Assembly (NCBI GenBank): GCA_000043285.1
Contig: BX248583.1
Coordinates: forward strand, 240,001-272,000
Length of the DNA stretch: 32,000 nucleotides
Origin: Candidatus Blochmanniella floridana
Lineage (GTDB): Bacteria; Pseudomonadota; Gammaproteobacteria; Enterobacterales; Enterobacteriaceae
Direction: 5' to 3'
This document shows, piece after piece, positions 29,924-32,000 of this stretch (the first letter of the stretch is position 1; every line of letters starts with the position of its first letter). The notes beneath the pieces are model-generated. The model worked only from the letters and a program-made list of their open reading frames with translations, was not told where the DNA came from and did no database searches. Both the position numbers and the translations under genes were made by a program.

Positions 29924-30835
29924 ATGTGCACTTTAATGCATAAACATGATGATTCTTTGTTTTCAAATTCGTTTGGATTTTTAAGACTTCCGTTGGAGTT
30001 TTATCCTTATACTCGACATAATGATTGGGTAATTACTGGAGTACCTTTTGATATAGCAACTTCTGGAAGATCGGGAAGTAGATTTGGTCCAGCATCTATT
30101 CGAAAAGCATCTATCAATTTGGCGTGGGAGAATTGCCGTTGGCCTTGGAATTTTGATATACGTCAAAAATTAAAAATTATTGATTGCGGAGATTTAATAT
30201 ATAAATCAGGAAACGTACAAGATTTTACGAATATTTTACAAAAGCATATTGAAAATTTATTGCGTTTTAGAAAAAAAATCCTTTTATTAGGAGGAGATCA
30301 TTATATTACGTTACCTGTATTACGTGCGTACTCAAAATTTTTTGGGACAATATCCATTATTCATTTTGATGCTCATGCAGATTATTACGATAATAATAAT
30401 CAATACGATCATGGGGCTGTTATACTGTATGCTTTACATGAAAAGTTGATTAATCCTAATCGTTCGGTCCAAATTGGTATTCGTACTGAATATGATAAAA
30501 ACTTTGGATTTACAGTATTGGATGCGGAGTATGTAAATACAACTGCTGTTCATGTTCTTATTAATCAGATTGTATCTGTTATACAAAATAGGCCGGTGTA
30601 TTTAACTTTTGATATTGATTGTTTGGATCCATCAGTTGCTCCAGGTACTGGTACTCCGGTAATTGGAGGGTTAACTACATCTTGTGCATTACAAATAATA
30701 CGAGGATTTCAAAAATTAAATATTATTGGTATTGATATAGTTGAAGTTGCTCCAGTTTATGACTGTGCTCAAATTACTGCATTAGCTGCTGCTACATTGG
30801 GGTTAGAAATGTTATACACTCAAGTAAAGTTTTAA
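29924..30835 (+). CDS. speB: Agmatinase (agmatine ureohydrolase)
   Basis: 303 aa, collinear with E. coli SpeB from MxTLxHxxDxSLxSNxFGFLRLP onward. Mn-binding motifs are GGDH, HFDAHAD and TFDIDCLDP. GTGTPVIGGLT is conserved. An AGGA SD lies 5 nt upstream. Confidence 0.96.
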   Translation: MCTLMHKHDDSLFSNSFGFLRLPLEFYPYTRHNDWVITGVPFDIATSGRSGSRFGPASIRKASINLAWENCRWPWNFDIRQKLKIIDCGDLIYKSGNVQDFTNILQKHIENLLRFRKKILLLGGDHYITLPVLRAYSKFFGTISIIHFDAHADYYDNNNQYDHGAVILYALHEKLINPNRSVQIGIRTEYDKNFGFTVLDAEYVNTTAVHVLINQIVSVIQNRPVYLTFDIDCLDPSVAPGTGTPVIGGLTTSCALQIIRGFQKLNIIGIDIVEVAPVYDCAQITALAAATLGLEMLYTQVKF

Positions 30836-31099
30836 TTATTATTACAGTAGATTAATTATATGTTGAATTTTATATATAATTTTGAAGACTAATGTTGGTT
30901 TGGGTACTAAATTTAATTATAAAATTTTTATTTTAATCAATTATTGTGATAAGTAATATAGATAATTATATATGATATAGTTCTGTGGTTGTATGTATAT
31001 TGAGTTATTTAATCATAAATTAATTTATGTACTAATTTTTTGAAAAATTGGTGTTATTATTTTTATTAGTTTATTTGTATAAAAACATGATTCAAGATA

Positions 31100-31127
31100 A
31101 ATTTTGACTAATGTGTTAGTCAAAATT
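31100..31127 (+). terminator. 12-bp perfect hairpin (aattttgactaa-tgtg-ttagtcaaaatt) in the speB-pgk spacer; weak terminator candidate
   Basis: The arms are exact complements, and the hairpin lies about 55 bp upstream of the pgk start. This stem length is near chance expectation for this base composition. No U-tract follows. Confidence 0.25.
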
Positions 31128-31182
31128 GAGTATAGATATGTAATTATTTTATATGTATAACATAAAGAGGTAATTTGTGGTT

Positions 31183-32000
31183 ATGATTAAAATGAGTGAT
31201 GTAGATTTATTTAATAAACGTATTTTAATTCGTGCTGACTTAAATGTGCCTATCAGAAATGGAATTATTACTTCTGCTAGAAGAATTCATGCGTCATTGC
31301 CAACTATTCAGCTAGCTTTGTCTAGAAGTAATCAAGTTATGGTGACATCTCATTTAGGTAGGCCTGTAGAAGGAGAATATGACTCACAATTTTCTTTGCA
31401 ACCTGTAGTAGATTATTTTCAAAAAAATTTAAGCGCTAAAATTGGAGGTGTAAGATTAGTTAAAGATTATTTAGATGGAATTAATTGGATTTCAAATGAG
31501 TTATTGATTTTAGAAAATGTTCGATTCAATAAAGGTGAAAAAACAGATGATGAAGTATTAGCAAAAAAATATGCATCTTTATGTGATGTATTTGTAATGG
31601 ATGCTTTTGGAAGCGCTCATCGTATACAATCTTCTACTCACAATGTTAGTAAATTCGTTAAAGTAGCTTGTTCTGGTTTATTATTAGAACAGGAAATAGC
31701 AGCGTTACATAAAGCTTTGTCTAATCCTGTTAGGCCAATGGTTGCTATAGTTGGTGGATCTAAAGTTTCTAGTAAATTGATGGTCTTAGAGTCTTTATCA
31801 AAAGTAGTGGATTATTTAATAGTAGGAGGAGGTATTGCTAATACTTTTTTAGCGGCTCAAGGTCAAAATGTAGGAAAATCGCTGTATGAGGCGGAATTAA
31901 TTTCTACAGCTAAAAGTTTGTTAAAGGATTGTAATATCCCTATACCTACTGATGTTCGAGTAAGTTCAGAGTTTTCTGAAACAGCTCAATCGATTATGAA
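31183..32000 (+). CDS. pgk: Phosphoglycerate kinase, N-terminal about 272 codons (gene runs off the right edge)
   Basis: Not in the ORF track because no stop falls in the window. ATG at 31183 is preceded by AAAGAGG (31165-31171). The translation [27 protein letters not shown]...[13 protein letters not shown]...[12 protein letters not shown]...[11 protein letters not shown]...AIVGGSKVS is collinear with E. coli Pgk. GTG at 31177 is an alternative start. Confidence 0.95.
   Translation, partial: MIKMSDVDLFNKRILIRADLNVPIRNGIITSARRIHASLPTIQLALSRSNQVMVTSHLGRPVEGEYDSQFSLQPVVDYFQKNLSAKIGGVRLVKDYLDGINWISNELLILENVRFNKGEKTDDEVLAKKYASLCDVFVMDAFGSAHRIQSSTHNVSKFVKVACSGLLLEQEIAALHKALSNPVRPMVAIVGGSKVSSKLMVLESLSKVVDYLIVGGGIANTFLAAQGQNVGKSLYEAELISTAKSLLKDCNIPIPTDVRVSSEFSETAQSIM

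Noticed and set aside
29981-30166. 61-aa ORF on the - strand
   Set aside because: It is antisense to and nested inside speB.

Overview
This window looks like part of a strongly AT-rich, highly reduced gammaproteobacterial (Enterobacterales-derived) insect-endosymbiont chromosome. GC is roughly 25-30% by eye in genes and much lower in spacers. The gene set is Blochmannia- or Wigglesworthia-like; gmhA plus yajC-secDF argue against Buchnera. I cannot name the species without a database search.

I can support 30 protein genes (two truncated by the window edges) and one tRNA. All are housekeeping genes identified by collinearity with E. coli orthologues as I recall them and by catalytic motifs:
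- rnhA/dnaQ, gmhA, tRNA-Thr(CGU) and a TsaA-type ahpC
- queA-tgt-yajC-secD-secF
- ribD-ribH-nusB-pgpA
- dxs, thiI and a truncated yajR
- cyoABCDE and clpP-clpX
- yggX-mutY, yqgE-ruvX, metK, speB and pgk

Gene order falls into ancestral E. coli synteny blocks that have been collapsed by deletion. Every spacer of about 350 bp or more lies where E. coli carries genes missing here: nrdR/tsx, ispA/xseB, tig/bolA/ampG, trmB and neighbours, gshB/endA/galP, speA, and tktA/epd.

I see no mobile elements, CRISPR, prophage, toxin-antitoxin or defence genes. I cannot support any novel multi-gene system in this window.

The most unusual signal is structural. Two long, perfectly matched inverted repeats (26-bp and 41-bp stems) sit at convergent gene junctions. 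In each, one arm is the native 3' coding end of a gene (ahpC, yajR), the other arm is an inverted copy, and the stop codon sits at the apex. The yajR palindrome coincides exactly with loss of the C-terminal domain.

Secondary points are pathway orphans (speB without adjacent speA; cyoE and dxs without adjacent ispA), clpPX stripped of tig and lon, and in-frame A9 tracts. All identifications are from reading the sequence and translations; no searches were run.
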